Below are positions 1 through 9,940 of a DNA stretch of 64,000 bases, in pieces; the stretch's first letter is position 1; every line of letters begins with the position of its first letter. Source of the stretch: Acidimicrobiales bacterium. GTDB taxonomy: Bacteria; Actinomycetota; Acidimicrobiia; Acidimicrobiales; JAUJNH01. A program made the position numbers and the translations under genes. The DNA is taken from the NCBI GenBank assembly GCA_038253125.1, contig JBBSHM010000005.1:56-64055 (forward strand), given 5' to 3'. The notes beneath the pieces were generated by a model, which saw only the letters and a program-made list of their open reading frames with translations, searched no databases and was not told where the DNA came from.

Positions 1-160
1 CGGGGTACCAGGCCAGGTTGGCTCCGGTCCCGGCGCCCACCTCCAACACCCGTCCGCGGGCGCCGGCCAGCAGCTGGGCCCGGGCCGGGGCGAGCACGCT
101 GCGCTCGAGCGGCGCCGTCACCAGGTCGTAGGCGGCGGCGAGCAGCGGGTGCCCGGTCAC
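1..160 (-). CDS. class I SAM-dependent methyltransferase, N-terminal part (gene continues past window start)
   Basis: Minus-strand translation from GTG at 158-160 gives VTGHPLLAAAYDLVTAPLERSVLAPARAQLLAGARGRVLEVGAGTGANLAWYP. It contains the glycine-rich SAM motif I, VLEVGAGTG. An alternative TTG start lies at 176-178. The ORF is absent from the track because the window edge truncates it. Confidence 0.6.
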   Translation of the reverse strand, partial: MTGHPLLAAAYDLVTAPLERSVLAPARAQLLAGARGRVLEVGAGTGANLAWYP

Positions 161-209
161 ACAAGGCCGGTCACACAAGGCCGGTCACAGCAGGGCTGGT
201 CACAGCAGG
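153..209. repeat. four tandem copies of a ~14-bp unit (CCGGTCACACAAGG x2, CCGGTCACAGCAGG, GCTGGTCACAGCAGG)
   Basis: Read directly from the sequence. The array fills the gap between the cysC stop (200-202) and the methyltransferase start. Each unit carries GGTCAC, which is GTGACC on the minus strand. Confidence 0.8.
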
Positions 210-775
210 CCGAGCACGGCGGCGGCGGCGTCCGCCAGCGCCTCGTCGCCCTCCAGGCGCAGATCGGGTGCGGTCGGCGGTTCGTAGGGATCGTCGACCC
301 CCGTCATCGCCGACACCAGGCCGGCCCGGGCGCGGGCGTACAGCCCCTTCGGGTCCCGTGCCTCACAGACAGCGAGCGGTGTCGCCACGTGCACCTCGAT
401 GAGGCGAAGGCCCGCCGCATCGTGGGCGGCGCGCACCGCGGCCCGGCCGGCGGCGTACGGGGCGATGACCGGGACGAGTGCCACCAGCCCGGCATCGGCG
501 AACAGCCGGGCCACCTCGCCCACCCGTCGTACGTTCTCCTCCCGGCTGGCCCGGTCGAAACCGAGGCCGGCGTTAAGGCCGTGGCGGAGGTTGTCCCCGT
601 CGAGCAGGTAGCAGGGCCGGCCGGAGCCGAGCAGACGGCGCTCGACCTCGACCGCCACCGTCGACTTGCCCGAAGCGGACAGGCCGGTCAGCCAGATGGT
701 GGCGCCGCCGGGGGAGCCGATGGCCGCCCACCTCCGGTCCCGTGAGGCGTGCTCGTGCCACACGACATCGGCCAC
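200..775 (-). CDS. cysC: adenylylsulfate (APS) kinase
   Basis: 191 aa. P-loop GLSASGKST, followed by LDGDNLRHGLN and the C-terminal KGLYARARAG motif typical of APS kinase. Confidence 0.9.
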   Translation of the reverse strand: MADVVWHEHASRDRRWAAIGSPGGATIWLTGLSASGKSTVAVEVERRLLGSGRPCYLLDGDNLRHGLNAGLGFDRASREENVRRVGEVARLFADAGLVALVPVIAPYAAGRAAVRAAHDAAGLRLIEVHVATPLAVCEARDPKGLYARARAGLVSAMTGVDDPYEPPTAPDLRLEGDEALADAAAAVLGLL

Positions 776-821
776 CGGGATACGACGCTACCGGCCGGCG
801 CCGGCTCAGCGGCATGATCGC

Positions 822-1457
822 TCAGCCGGCGAGGCTCAGCCGCACGATCGCCCGCTCCTTGTCGATCACCCTCGTCTCCTCGCCGCGCAGCCGGGCGGCG
901 GGCCCGTCGGCGCACGCCGCAACTGCTTCGTCGGCCTGACCGGGGCCGGCGACCTGGAGGAGGAGGGTCCCGCCGCGAACCAGATGACGGGCCGCGACCT
1001 CCAGGCACGCGCGCACGGCCTGGAGCCCGTCCCCGCCTCCGTCGATGGCCAGGCGAGGGTCACCCGGGTAGCGGTGCAGGTCGCCCGAGCGGAGGTACGG
1101 GGGGTCGGCGATCACCAGGGGGAAGCGCTCGTCGGGGCGAAAGGCGTGCTCCAGGCGCTCGACCCGCACCTGCACCCGGGCGCCCCAGCCTGCCCGCGCC
1201 GCGTTAGCCAGGGCATAGCCGGCGGCGGTCGGATCGGCCTCGACCTGCACCAGGTCACGGTCGGCCAGCACGGCCGCGGCCAGCCCGATGTGACCGGCGC
1301 CGGCGCACAGCTCGAGGATGGGGCCAGAGTCGGCGCCGGTGGCCAGCTCGGCCGCCCACCGGCTCTGGGCCAGCGTCCAAAGACGTGGCTCCAGCACCCG
1401 CTCGTCGTAGTCGACGTCGATCGGCCCGAAGCGACAGGATCGCAGGCTCTCTGCCAC
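822..1457 (-). CDS. HemK/PrmC-like class I methyltransferase
   Basis: 211 aa. SAM motif ILELCAGAGHIG and the (D/N)PPY-type motif VIADPPYL seen in N5-glutamine/N6-adenine methyltransferases. Confidence 0.7.
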   Translation of the reverse strand: MAESLRSCRFGPIDVDYDERVLEPRLWTLAQSRWAAELATGADSGPILELCAGAGHIGLAAAVLADRDLVQVEADPTAAGYALANAARAGWGARVQVRVERLEHAFRPDERFPLVIADPPYLRSGDLHRYPGDPRLAIDGGGDGLQAVRACLEVAARHLVRGGTLLLQVAGPGQADEAVAACADGPAARLRGEETRVIDKERAIVRLSLAG

Positions 1458-1568
1458 CGGGGCATCGTAGCGGGCGCCCGGTTGAAAGGATCTGGAGGGT
1501 CTCTGGTTTCATGGTCGTTTCGGCACCGTTTCACAAGCGCCCGCCGGAGGTAAGGGTTCCCGACAGCC

Positions 1569-2561
1569 ATGACCAGGAGAACTGTGCCTTCCAACTGCAG
1601 CATCAGGCTCCCGGGCCTGGCCGAGCGCCTTGACCACGCCTTGGCCGCGGGCGACGCCGAGGCGCTCGGCCGGCTGGCTGACACGCCGCCCCGGGACCGC
1701 TTCGACGCCGTCGACTCCCTCCTCGGCGTCTATGACCTGTGGACCGCCCCCGTGCAGAGCCTCGACGGCCGGGAGCGCTTCCAGAACCACCCTGCGGTGG
1801 CGAGCCTCAAGTGGGCTCTGGAGGCCCAGCTGGTGGCTCTACTGGATGAGTGGACCAGCCACCGCAGCCCCAGCCTGGCCGATCCCGCGGCGGCGATGAG
1901 GAGCATCGCCCGGCGGGACGACGAGCGGGCCTATGAGTGGCTCGCCACCACCGCGGACGCCGAGCAGCTCCGGCGCTTCCTGGTGATGGAGGGCGGCCCG
2001 GACGCCGGCTTCGACGACCTCGTGGCCACCTGCCAGGTCGGCCTGGCGGGTTCAGCGAAGGTCGTCATGGGTGCCAACTACTGGGACGAGATGGGTTGCG
2101 GTCGACCCGAGGCCGTGCACACCGAGCTGCACGACCGGATGGTCACAGCCCTCGACCTGCCGATCATCCCTCGTTGTCAGCTGCCGCAGAGCTCGCTCGA
2201 CCGCACCGCCGTGAACGGCCTGCTCGCCACCAACCGCTGGCTGCAGCCCGAGATGGTCGGCGCCCTCGGGCTGCTTGAGCTTCAGGCCGGGCCCCGTTGC
2301 CGCAGGGTGGTGCAGGCGCTCCACCGGCTGGGGGCGCCCGCCGACGCCCTGCCCTTCTACGAGGAGCACGCGGAAACCGACCCGCGCCACGGCAAGGATT
2401 GGCTTGACGGCGTCGTGGGCCCCCTCGTGGACGCCCATCCGTCATGGGGTCCCCGGATCATCCGGGGCGCCAGCTGGCGGGCCGAGGTCAACCGTCGGAT
2501 GTTCGCCGACGCCCTTGACCTCCTCCAGGCTGAGCCGGCGGGGCGGCGCGCCACCGGCTGA
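1569..2561 (+). CDS. iron-containing redox enzyme family protein (heme-oxygenase-like fold)
   Basis: 330 aa. YWDEMGCGRPEAVHTELHDRM and EEHAETDPRHGKDW resemble the paired E..H metal-binding helices of the heme-oxygenase-like di-iron family. The family assignment is from memory only. Confidence 0.6.
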   Translation: MTRRTVPSNCSIRLPGLAERLDHALAAGDAEALGRLADTPPRDRFDAVDSLLGVYDLWTAPVQSLDGRERFQNHPAVASLKWALEAQLVALLDEWTSHRSPSLADPAAAMRSIARRDDERAYEWLATTADAEQLRRFLVMEGGPDAGFDDLVATCQVGLAGSAKVVMGANYWDEMGCGRPEAVHTELHDRMVTALDLPIIPRCQLPQSSLDRTAVNGLLATNRWLQPEMVGALGLLELQAGPRCRRVVQALHRLGAPADALPFYEEHAETDPRHGKDWLDGVVGPLVDAHPSWGPRIIRGASWRAEVNRRMFADALDLLQAEPAGRRATG

Positions 2562-3602
<1,041 letters not shown>

Positions 3603-3605
3603 GCC

Positions 3606-5306
3606 TTGATCACCTCCAGCGAATGGCTCACCCTCGAGAGCGCACCCATCGGGATGGCCGTGAGCACGCCCGACGGCACGTTCGTGGAGGTGAACCGCTC
3701 CTTCGCCGCCTGCCTCGGATGGCAGCCTCAGGAGCTTGTGGGTCGGACCTTCCAGTCGATCAGCCATCCCGACGACGTCAACCGCAGCCAGCGCCTGCTC
3801 GAGCGGGCCATAGCCGACGGTTCGACGGCGTTCCGGCTGGAGGAGCGGTGCTGCCGGCCTGACGGCACCACGGTGTGGGCCGACCTGTCGGTCACCATCG
3901 TGCGCGACAGCGCAGGAGCGCCACAGCAGCTGATCTCTCAGGTGGTCGACGTCACCGACCGGGTCGAGGCCGAGCAGCTGCTGGCCCACCAGGCCATCCA
4001 CGACCGGCTGACCGGCCTGCCCAACCGCTGGCGGTTCACCGAGCTGCTGTCGGCGGCCTGCGCCGCCGCCGACGGCCAGCGCACCACGCTGGCCGTGCTG
4101 TTCCTCAACCTCGACCGGTTCAAGGTGGTGAACGAGAGCATCGGCCACGAGGGGGGCGACGCGGTTGTCTGCGAGGTGGCCAGGCGTCTGCAGCAGGCGG
4201 CCGGGCGGGGCAGGACCGTCGGCCGGTTCGGCACGGCCGCCTTTGCCGTCCTGTGCGAGGACATCAGGCGGGCTGAGGAAGCCCACTGGATGGCCACCCA
4301 CCTGCTGAACGCGCTCAGCCCGCCCGTGATGGTCGCCGGCCGGGAGGTTCGCACCGCCGCCAGCGTCGGCGTCGCCCTGGGCGGCTCCGGCCGCTCCGCC
4401 TCCGCCGCGGTCCTCCTCCTGGAGGCTGACTCCGCCTGCTCGCTGGCCAAGGTGCGTGGTGGCGGCACCATCGCCATGTTCGACGAGGCGCTGCGGGACA
4501 GGGCCGAGGAGCGCCTCGACGTCGAGGCCGCCCTCCAGCACGCCGTCAGCCGCCAGGAGCTGCGGCTCGTCTATCAACCCGAGATCGATCTGGCCACCGG
4601 CCACCTCGCCGCCGTGGAGGCGCTGCTGCGCTGGGAGCACCCGACGCTCGGCCTCCTGGGCCCCGAAGGCTTCATCGATGTGGCGGAGGAGACCGGGCTG
4701 GTCGTGGAAATCGGCCACTGGGCGCTGGCGACGGCAGCCGGGCAGATGGGCGCCTGGCGCCACCGCTGGCCGGGGCTGGCCCAGGTCTCCCTGGGCGTCA
4801 ACGTCGCCGCCCGCCAGCTGGCCGACCCACGGCTCCCCGAGCTGGTGGCCTCGGCCCGGGAGGGGGCCGGCCCCGGCGCGCCGCTGTGCCTCGAGATCAC
4901 CGAGACCGAGATCGTGGCCTCGCCGGCAGGCGTCCGGGCCGTTCTCTCCCGCCTGCGGGCCGAGGGCAGCCGGGTGGCCCTCGATGACCTCGGGACCGGG
5001 TACGCGTCGCTGGCCTACGTGGCCGGACTGGAGGCCGACGTCTTGAAGGTCGACCGCAGCTTCACCGCCGGCCTGGGCGATCACCGGGCCCGCTCGGCCG
5101 TGGTCGCCGCCGTCGTCAGCCTGGGCCACAGCCTGGGACAGATCGTGGTGGCCGAGGGGGTGGAGACCAGGGAGCAGGCTCGGCTCCTGCTCGACCTCGG
5201 CTGCGACCTGGGCCAAGGCTACCTGTACGGTCGGCCCCTCAGCGCCGAGGACCTGGCACCCCTCCTCGAGCAGGCGGCGGCCGGAGAGCCGGTGTTCGCC
5301 CCCTGA
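3606..5306 (+). CDS. PAS-GGDEF(degenerate)-EAL signalling protein (probable c-di-GMP phosphodiesterase)
   Basis: 566 aa. PAS region, then RLTGLPNRWRF opening the GGDEF domain. The signature position reads RFGTAAFAVL instead of GGDEF/GGEEF. The EAL domain has VEALLRWEHP, DDLGTGYASL, LKVDRSF and EGVETREQ. Confidence 0.9.
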   Translation: MITSSEWLTLESAPIGMAVSTPDGTFVEVNRSFAACLGWQPQELVGRTFQSISHPDDVNRSQRLLERAIADGSTAFRLEERCCRPDGTTVWADLSVTIVRDSAGAPQQLISQVVDVTDRVEAEQLLAHQAIHDRLTGLPNRWRFTELLSAACAAADGQRTTLAVLFLNLDRFKVVNESIGHEGGDAVVCEVARRLQQAAGRGRTVGRFGTAAFAVLCEDIRRAEEAHWMATHLLNALSPPVMVAGREVRTAASVGVALGGSGRSASAAVLLLEADSACSLAKVRGGGTIAMFDEALRDRAEERLDVEAALQHAVSRQELRLVYQPEIDLATGHLAAVEALLRWEHPTLGLLGPEGFIDVAEETGLVVEIGHWALATAAGQMGAWRHRWPGLAQVSLGVNVAARQLADPRLPELVASAREGAGPGAPLCLEITETEIVASPAGVRAVLSRLRAEGSRVALDDLGTGYASLAYVAGLEADVLKVDRSFTAGLGDHRARSAVVAAVVSLGHSLGQIVVAEGVETREQARLLLDLGCDLGQGYLYGRPLSAEDLAPLLEQAAAGEPVFAP

Positions 5307-5417
5307 TCCCGGGCTGTGGTGCGGCGGGGATCACCCTGATCATCGACGGCCGGCCGACGACGGCAGCCGTCACCGACGGGCTCGCCGCCGAGATCGACCT
5401 GGTGCAGTACGAGACAG

Positions 5418-6602
5418 TTGTCGGCCCCGAAAATGGGTGCGGCTGACGCCGCTTTCGGTGTTCTGTACCGTCGGAGGATGCAACGGCCGGCATGGGTGTC
5501 GGAGGGCGACACCTGGTCGTCGCGGGCCATCGTGGTCGGCGCGGTGGCCGGCGTCGCCGGCATCCTGGCCGCCCGGAACGGCACCGACCGCCTGGGTGTC
5601 GCCGCCGCCACCGTGGTGACCCTGGCCGGTTTCGGGGCCAAGCTGCGGTGGCCGGGGTTGTCTCCGCTGGTGCTGGCGTCGTGGACGTTCAGCCCGGCGA
5701 TCGCCCTCAACCTGGCCGGGCGCGGCGAGGCGGCCATGTTCCTGCTGGTCGTCGCCGTCAGCTTCCTGGTGCTCGAGACCCCGGATCAGCGAACCCGTCT
5801 CGTCGCCGGCAGCGTGGCCCTGTTGTCGCCGGCGGTCATCCAGGCCATCCACCCGCAGGACTGGGGCTGGCCCTACTGGATGGTCGGCCTCGGCTTCGGC
5901 TGGCTGTCCAGTGAGCAGATGCGCAGGTTCCGCGACCTTGCCACCGAGCTGGCCGCCACGCGGGAGCTGCTGGCCGAGCGGGCCGTCGATGCGGAGCGCC
6001 GCCGAATCGCCGCCGAGCTGCACGACGTTGTGGGCCATTCGCTGACGGTGGTGCTCCTCAGCGTCACCGGCGCCCGCCGGCTCGTGCGCAGCGATCCCGA
6101 CGGCGCCACCCGGGCGCTGCTGGAGGCCGAGGCGGTGGGCCGGGCCAGCCTGGCCGAGATCCGGGGGAGCGTGAGGGGACTTCGTGATGCCGAGGCAGGC
6201 GGGCCCGGCGTTGCTCCGATGCCGGCTGCCGGCGACCTGCCCGAGCTGGTCGACAGGATGGTGGCGGCCGGATCGCCGGTGGACCTCGACATCAGGGGCG
6301 ACGTCGGCGCCGTCGAGGTCGTCACCGGTCTCGTGGTGTACAGGGTGGTGCAGGAGTCGCTGAACAACGCCGCCCGGCACGCTCCGGGCACGCCGGCTCG
6401 GGTGGCGGTGGCGGTGGCTGACGACGCCGTCGACGTCGAGGTGTTCGACGCCGGCACTGGCCCCGAGGCCGCCGGCTCACCCGGGGTGGGCCTCCTCGGC
6501 ATGCGGGAGCGGGTCGAGGCGGTCGGAGGCACCTTCCAGGCCGGCCCGGTGCCAGGGGGGTGGCGGGTGCGTGCCCACGTGCCCCGCCTCGGTTCGGCGT
6601 GA
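5418..6602 (+). CDS. two-component sensor histidine kinase (HisKA_3/NarL-partner type)
   Basis: 394 aa. N-terminal TM segments, H-box ERRRIAAELHDVVGHSL, ATPase motifs NNAARHA and GVGLLGMRERV. The start is uncertain; an alternative Met lies at 5478. Confidence 0.85.
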   Translation: MSAPKMGAADAAFGVLYRRRMQRPAWVSEGDTWSSRAIVVGAVAGVAGILAARNGTDRLGVAAATVVTLAGFGAKLRWPGLSPLVLASWTFSPAIALNLAGRGEAAMFLLVVAVSFLVLETPDQRTRLVAGSVALLSPAVIQAIHPQDWGWPYWMVGLGFGWLSSEQMRRFRDLATELAATRELLAERAVDAERRRIAAELHDVVGHSLTVVLLSVTGARRLVRSDPDGATRALLEAEAVGRASLAEIRGSVRGLRDAEAGGPGVAPMPAAGDLPELVDRMVAAGSPVDLDIRGDVGAVEVVTGLVVYRVVQESLNNAARHAPGTPARVAVAVADDAVDVEVFDAGTGPEAAGSPGVGLLGMRERVEAVGGTFQAGPVPGGWRVRAHVPRLGSA

Positions 6603-6624
6603 TCGGCCCCGGCGGGATCCCGGA

Positions 6625-7266
6625 ATGATCAACGTCGTCCTGGTCGACGACCAGCCTCTGGTCCGGGCCGGCCTACAGCGCATCCTCTCCGAGGACGAGG
6701 GCTTCTCCATCGTGGCCCAGTGCGGCGACGGTGCCGCCGGCGTCGCCGCCGTCGAGACATCCCCGGTCGACGTGGTGATGATGGACGTGCGCATGCGGGG
6801 CATGGACGGCATCCAGGCCACCAGGCGCATCCGCGACGCCGACGGGCCTCCGGTGCTGGTGCTCACCACCTTCGATGATGACGACGTCCTGTGGGGGGCG
6901 ATCGAGGCCGGGGCCGCCGGCTTCGTCCTGAAGGAGGCGTCGGCGGAGGACATCATCGCTGCCACCCGAGCTGTCGCCGGCGGTGGGGCGTGGCTCGACC
7001 CGGCCGTCACCGCCCGGGTGCTGGCGGTCACCCGGGCCACCGGCCTGCCCCGGCGGCGCCAGGCCGAGAAGGTGACGCGGCTGACCGACCGCGAGCTTGA
7101 CGTGCTGCGCCACATGGCCGGGGGAGCGACGAACGGCGAGATCGCCTCTGCCCTGTTCGTCAGCGAGGCGACGGTGAAGACCCACGTGGGGAGCATCTTC
7201 TCCAAGCTCGGCGTGCGGGATCGGGCCGGAGCGATCGTCTTCGCCTACCAGCACGGCCTCGCCTGA
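6625..7266 (+). CDS. LuxR/NarL-family response regulator
   Basis: The track ORF 6571..7266 was trimmed to MINVVLVDDQPLVRAGL. Receiver Asp lies in VVMMDVRMRGMDG. C-terminal LuxR HTH: LTDRELDVLRHMAGGATNGEIASALFVSEATVKTHV. Confidence 0.9.
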   Translation: MINVVLVDDQPLVRAGLQRILSEDEGFSIVAQCGDGAAGVAAVETSPVDVVMMDVRMRGMDGIQATRRIRDADGPPVLVLTTFDDDDVLWGAIEAGAAGFVLKEASAEDIIAATRAVAGGGAWLDPAVTARVLAVTRATGLPRRRQAEKVTRLTDRELDVLRHMAGGATNGEIASALFVSEATVKTHVGSIFSKLGVRDRAGAIVFAYQHGLA

Positions 7267-7383
7267 GGGCAGGCGTCGCCTGACTCTCTCCACCCCTGGG
7301 TGGAGGCGAGGATTGCACCGTGGCCCGATGCCCTTCGGGGACCGGTCCTTCATCCTGGGCTTCGGACGGGAGATGCCCGCCGG

Positions 7384-8337
7384 ATGAGGAGGAAGCCGAT
7401 GGCCGTGACCCCGGTGGTCGAGGTGCGGGAGCTTTGCAAGCGCTACGGCGAGAGGCTGGTGGTCGACCACGTCGACCTGGACGTGGAGGAAGGTGAGATC
7501 GTCGGCCTGCTCGGCTCGAACGGGGCCGGCAAGACGACCACGGTCGAGTGCGTCAGCGGCCTCCGCCGCCCGGACGCCGGCTCCATCCGGGTGCTGGGCC
7601 TTGACCCGCAGGTCGACAGCGCCCGGCTGCGCCCGCTGGTCGGCAGCCAGCTGCAGGACTCGGCGCTTCCGGACCGCATGCGGTTGGCCGAGGCGATCGA
7701 GCTGTTCCGAGGGCCCCGGGCCATGCCCGTCGAGGGGCTCCTCGTGGCGTTCGGCCTGGCCGATCAGCGCCGGTGCGCCTTCTCGGCGCTCAGCGGCGGC
7801 CAGCGCCAGCGGCTGTTCCTGGTGCTGGCGCTGCTGAACCGTCCCGAGCTGGTCATCCTCGACGAGCTGACCCAGGGCCTGGACCCGGCGGCCCGCCGCG
7901 ACGTGTGGGACGCCATCCGGTCGCTGCGTGACGCGGGCACGACCGTCCTGCTCGTGACTCACTACATGGAGGAGGCCGAGGCGCTGTGTGACCGGGTGGT
8001 GGTGATGGACGGTGGCCGGGTCCTGGACTCGGGACCGCCGTCCCAGCTGGTGGACCGCCACGCCCCCTGGGCCACCGTGCGCTTCGACGCCGGTCGTAGC
8101 TCGGCCCGCCCCGAGGATCTCGGCGCCCTTCCGGGCGTCAGCCAGGTGCGCCGGGTGGGCGAGACGTTCGAGGTGCAGGGCGACCGCGGCATGATCGCCC
8201 ACGTCTGCGCGCACCTGGTCGGCTGTGGCGTGCCCGACGACCTGGCGGTGGTGATGCCCGACCTGGAGGAGGCGGTGATCGCCATGCTTGCCCATCCGGC
8301 GGAGCGGGCGCTGGAGCCGACCGGAGGCCCCCGATGA
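7384..8337 (+). CDS. ABC transporter ATP-binding protein
   Basis: The track ORF was trimmed to MRRKPMAV. Walker A GSNGAGKTT, signature LSGGQRQRL, Walker B LVILDELT. Confidence 0.9.
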   Translation: MRRKPMAVTPVVEVRELCKRYGERLVVDHVDLDVEEGEIVGLLGSNGAGKTTTVECVSGLRRPDAGSIRVLGLDPQVDSARLRPLVGSQLQDSALPDRMRLAEAIELFRGPRAMPVEGLLVAFGLADQRRCAFSALSGGQRQRLFLVLALLNRPELVILDELTQGLDPAARRDVWDAIRSLRDAGTTVLLVTHYMEEAEALCDRVVVMDGGRVLDSGPPSQLVDRHAPWATVRFDAGRSSARPEDLGALPGVSQVRRVGETFEVQGDRGMIAHVCAHLVGCGVPDDLAVVMPDLEEAVIAMLAHPAERALEPTGGPR

Positions 8338-9068
8338 ACATGGTCCTGAAGCTGGTGCGCGCCGAGCTGCGGCTGGTGCTGCGAGAGCCCCTGGTGCTCG
8401 CCTTTGTGTTCGCCTTCCCGATCGTGACCGTGCTCGTGATCGCCGGCTCCTTCGGCGTCGACGACATGGACTCCTTCGCCAACATCGACCCGTCCCAGTG
8501 GTACGTGGCGTCCTACCTGGCCGTGGTGATAGGCGCCGTCGGCCTGGTCACGGTGCCGGTGCACCTGGCCGCCTACCGGGAGCGAGGCGTGCTGCGCCGC
8601 TTCGCCGCCGCCGGCTTCCCCCGCTGGTCCTTTGCCGTCGCCCAGATGGCGGTGGGGGTGATCCTCACCCTGGCAGCATCCGCCGTGCTGCTGGTGGTGG
8701 CCGGGCTCGTCTACGGCCTGCCCCGGGTGGACTCGCCCGTGGCCACCGTCGGTGCCGTGGTGCTGGGCTCGGTGGCCTTCACGAGCCTCGGCCTCCTGCT
8801 CGGCGCCATCGTCCCCAACGCCAGAGCCGCTCAGGGCATCGGCCTCCTGGTCTTCTTCCCGTCGTTCCTGCTGGGCGGCGGTGGCCCACCCCCGGCGGCC
8901 ATGAGTGCCACCATGCGCCACATAGCCAGGTTCCTCCCCCTCACCCACGTCACCGACTCCATCCGCAACCCGTGGCTGGGCCTTGGGCACGGAACCACCG
9001 ACCTGGCCATCGTGGCCGCGGTCCTGGTGCTCTGCCTCCTGGCCTGCCGCCGGGCCGTCCGCCTCTAA
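8334..9068 (+). CDS. ABC-2 type transporter permease
   Basis: 244 aa with about 6 hydrophobic segments. A 4-nt overlap with the upstream ATPase gene implies translational coupling. Confidence 0.8.
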   Translation: MNMVLKLVRAELRLVLREPLVLAFVFAFPIVTVLVIAGSFGVDDMDSFANIDPSQWYVASYLAVVIGAVGLVTVPVHLAAYRERGVLRRFAAAGFPRWSFAVAQMAVGVILTLAASAVLLVVAGLVYGLPRVDSPVATVGAVVLGSVAFTSLGLLLGAIVPNARAAQGIGLLVFFPSFLLGGGGPPPAAMSATMRHIARFLPLTHVTDSIRNPWLGLGHGTTDLAIVAAVLVLCLLACRRAVRL

Positions 9069-9193
9069 GCACGAACGCGCAGCAGGTGGCCAGGGCTCGG
9101 GCCCTGGTTCATCCTCCCCTGCCACGCCGCCCTCCCGGCGGATCGTGAAGAGTTCGTGGAGGAGGTTCCGCAGCCCATCCCGGCCGGCTCGCT

Positions 9194-9418
9194 CTAGGTC
9201 AGCTGTCGCAGACGTTGCTCGAGGTCATCGAACGCCACGAAGATGTAGCGCTTCCCCACCTTGTGCGAGGCGAGAAGGCCCCTGGCCTCCAGATCCAGGA
9301 GATCGGTCCGGCCCGACTGGTAGGCGACGCCATGGCTGGCGGCGTGCGAGGCGAACGAGTAGCCGAAGCCAGGGTGACGCAGTGCGTGGCTCAGCAGGGC
9401 GCCTCCAGAGTAAACGAA
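9194..9418 (-). pseudogene. C-terminal fragment of a Fic-family protein (winged-helix tail only)
   Basis: Minus-strand frame with no start codon, bounded upstream by a TAG. It reads FVYSGGALLSHALRHPGFGYSFASHAASHGVAYQSGRTDLLDLEARGLLASHKVGKRYIFVAFDDLEQRLRQLT. This resembles the conserved C-terminal region of long Fic proteins. The Fic catalytic domain is absent. Confidence 0.45.
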
Positions 9419-9590
9419 CTACTAATCTAGAGCAAGTTAGTTGGTCCTTGCTTCGTCAGCGCGAAGCGGTCCTGGTGTGATCGCCGTCAGCGGCGACACC
9501 TCGAACGGGCCACCCGGGCGCAGATCGGCGACCACGGCGGGCGCCGGGAGTAGCCCGCGTACGTCCGCCAGCATCGGCGTCGTCTGATGA

Positions 9591-9615
9591 GTCGGGGTGC
9601 CGGGATTTCAACCCG
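9591..9615 (+). repeat. att-like direct repeat, distal copy (GTCGGGGTGCCGGGATTTcAACCCG)
   Basis: Matches 12463-12487 (GTCGGGGTGCCGGGATTTgAACCCG, inside tRNA-Pro) at 24 of 25 positions, in the same orientation. Confidence 0.7.
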
Positions 9616-9731
9616 TCCGGAGGGGGTTCAACGAGTGCTCACGAGTGTCCGCCAGTCCCCGGAAGTACCGTCTGACCTGGGACTTCGCGTCTCACCCGTG
9701 TCGAGTGGTGTTGGCCCGTGTCGCCCAGTAT

Positions 9732-9759
9732 CGGAGAGTCCGGGTTGCAAACGGGTTGC
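9732..9759 (+). repeat. arm-type-site-like repeat, left copy (CGGAGAGtcCGGGTTGCAAACGGGTTGC)
   Basis: 28-nt direct repeat of 12395-12422 with 2 mismatches. It contains a tandem GGGTTGCAA(A/G)(A)AC motif, and an inverted TGCAAC follows at about 9771-9776. Confidence 0.5.
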
Positions 9760-9920
9760 AAGAACGTTTCTGCAACCGGGCGTCCAGACGAGGGTCCGCA
9801 CTTGAAGATCGAACGCTCACAGTGATGATCGACGTCCGCCCGGTCTCCGCAGCAGCTCGCTCGGTCCAGCTGCGGAGGACCCCGGAGAATCCCAGCCCCG
9901 GCAGTTCGGCTTGCCCCTGG

Positions 9921-9940
9921 ACACAACAGGTAAGTTGTGT
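9921..9940 (+). promoter_or_regulatory. perfect 7-bp inverted repeat ACACAAC-N6-GTTGTGT just upstream of the 9945 start (candidate operator)
   Basis: Read from the sequence. It ends 4 nt before the ATG at 9945 and spans the likely RBS (AGG). Confidence 0.35.

Noticed and set aside
5307-5440. Coding-looking frame (…ITLIIDGRPTTAAVTDGLAAEIDLVQYETVVGPENGCG) between the EAL gene and the histidine kinase gene.
   Set aside because: The frame has no usable start codon, and I recognise no family. It may be a gene remnant, but I cannot support a call.
9215-9430. Plus-strand 71-aa ORF.
   Set aside because: It is antisense to the much more protein-like Fic C-terminal fragment, and I recognise no motif in it.
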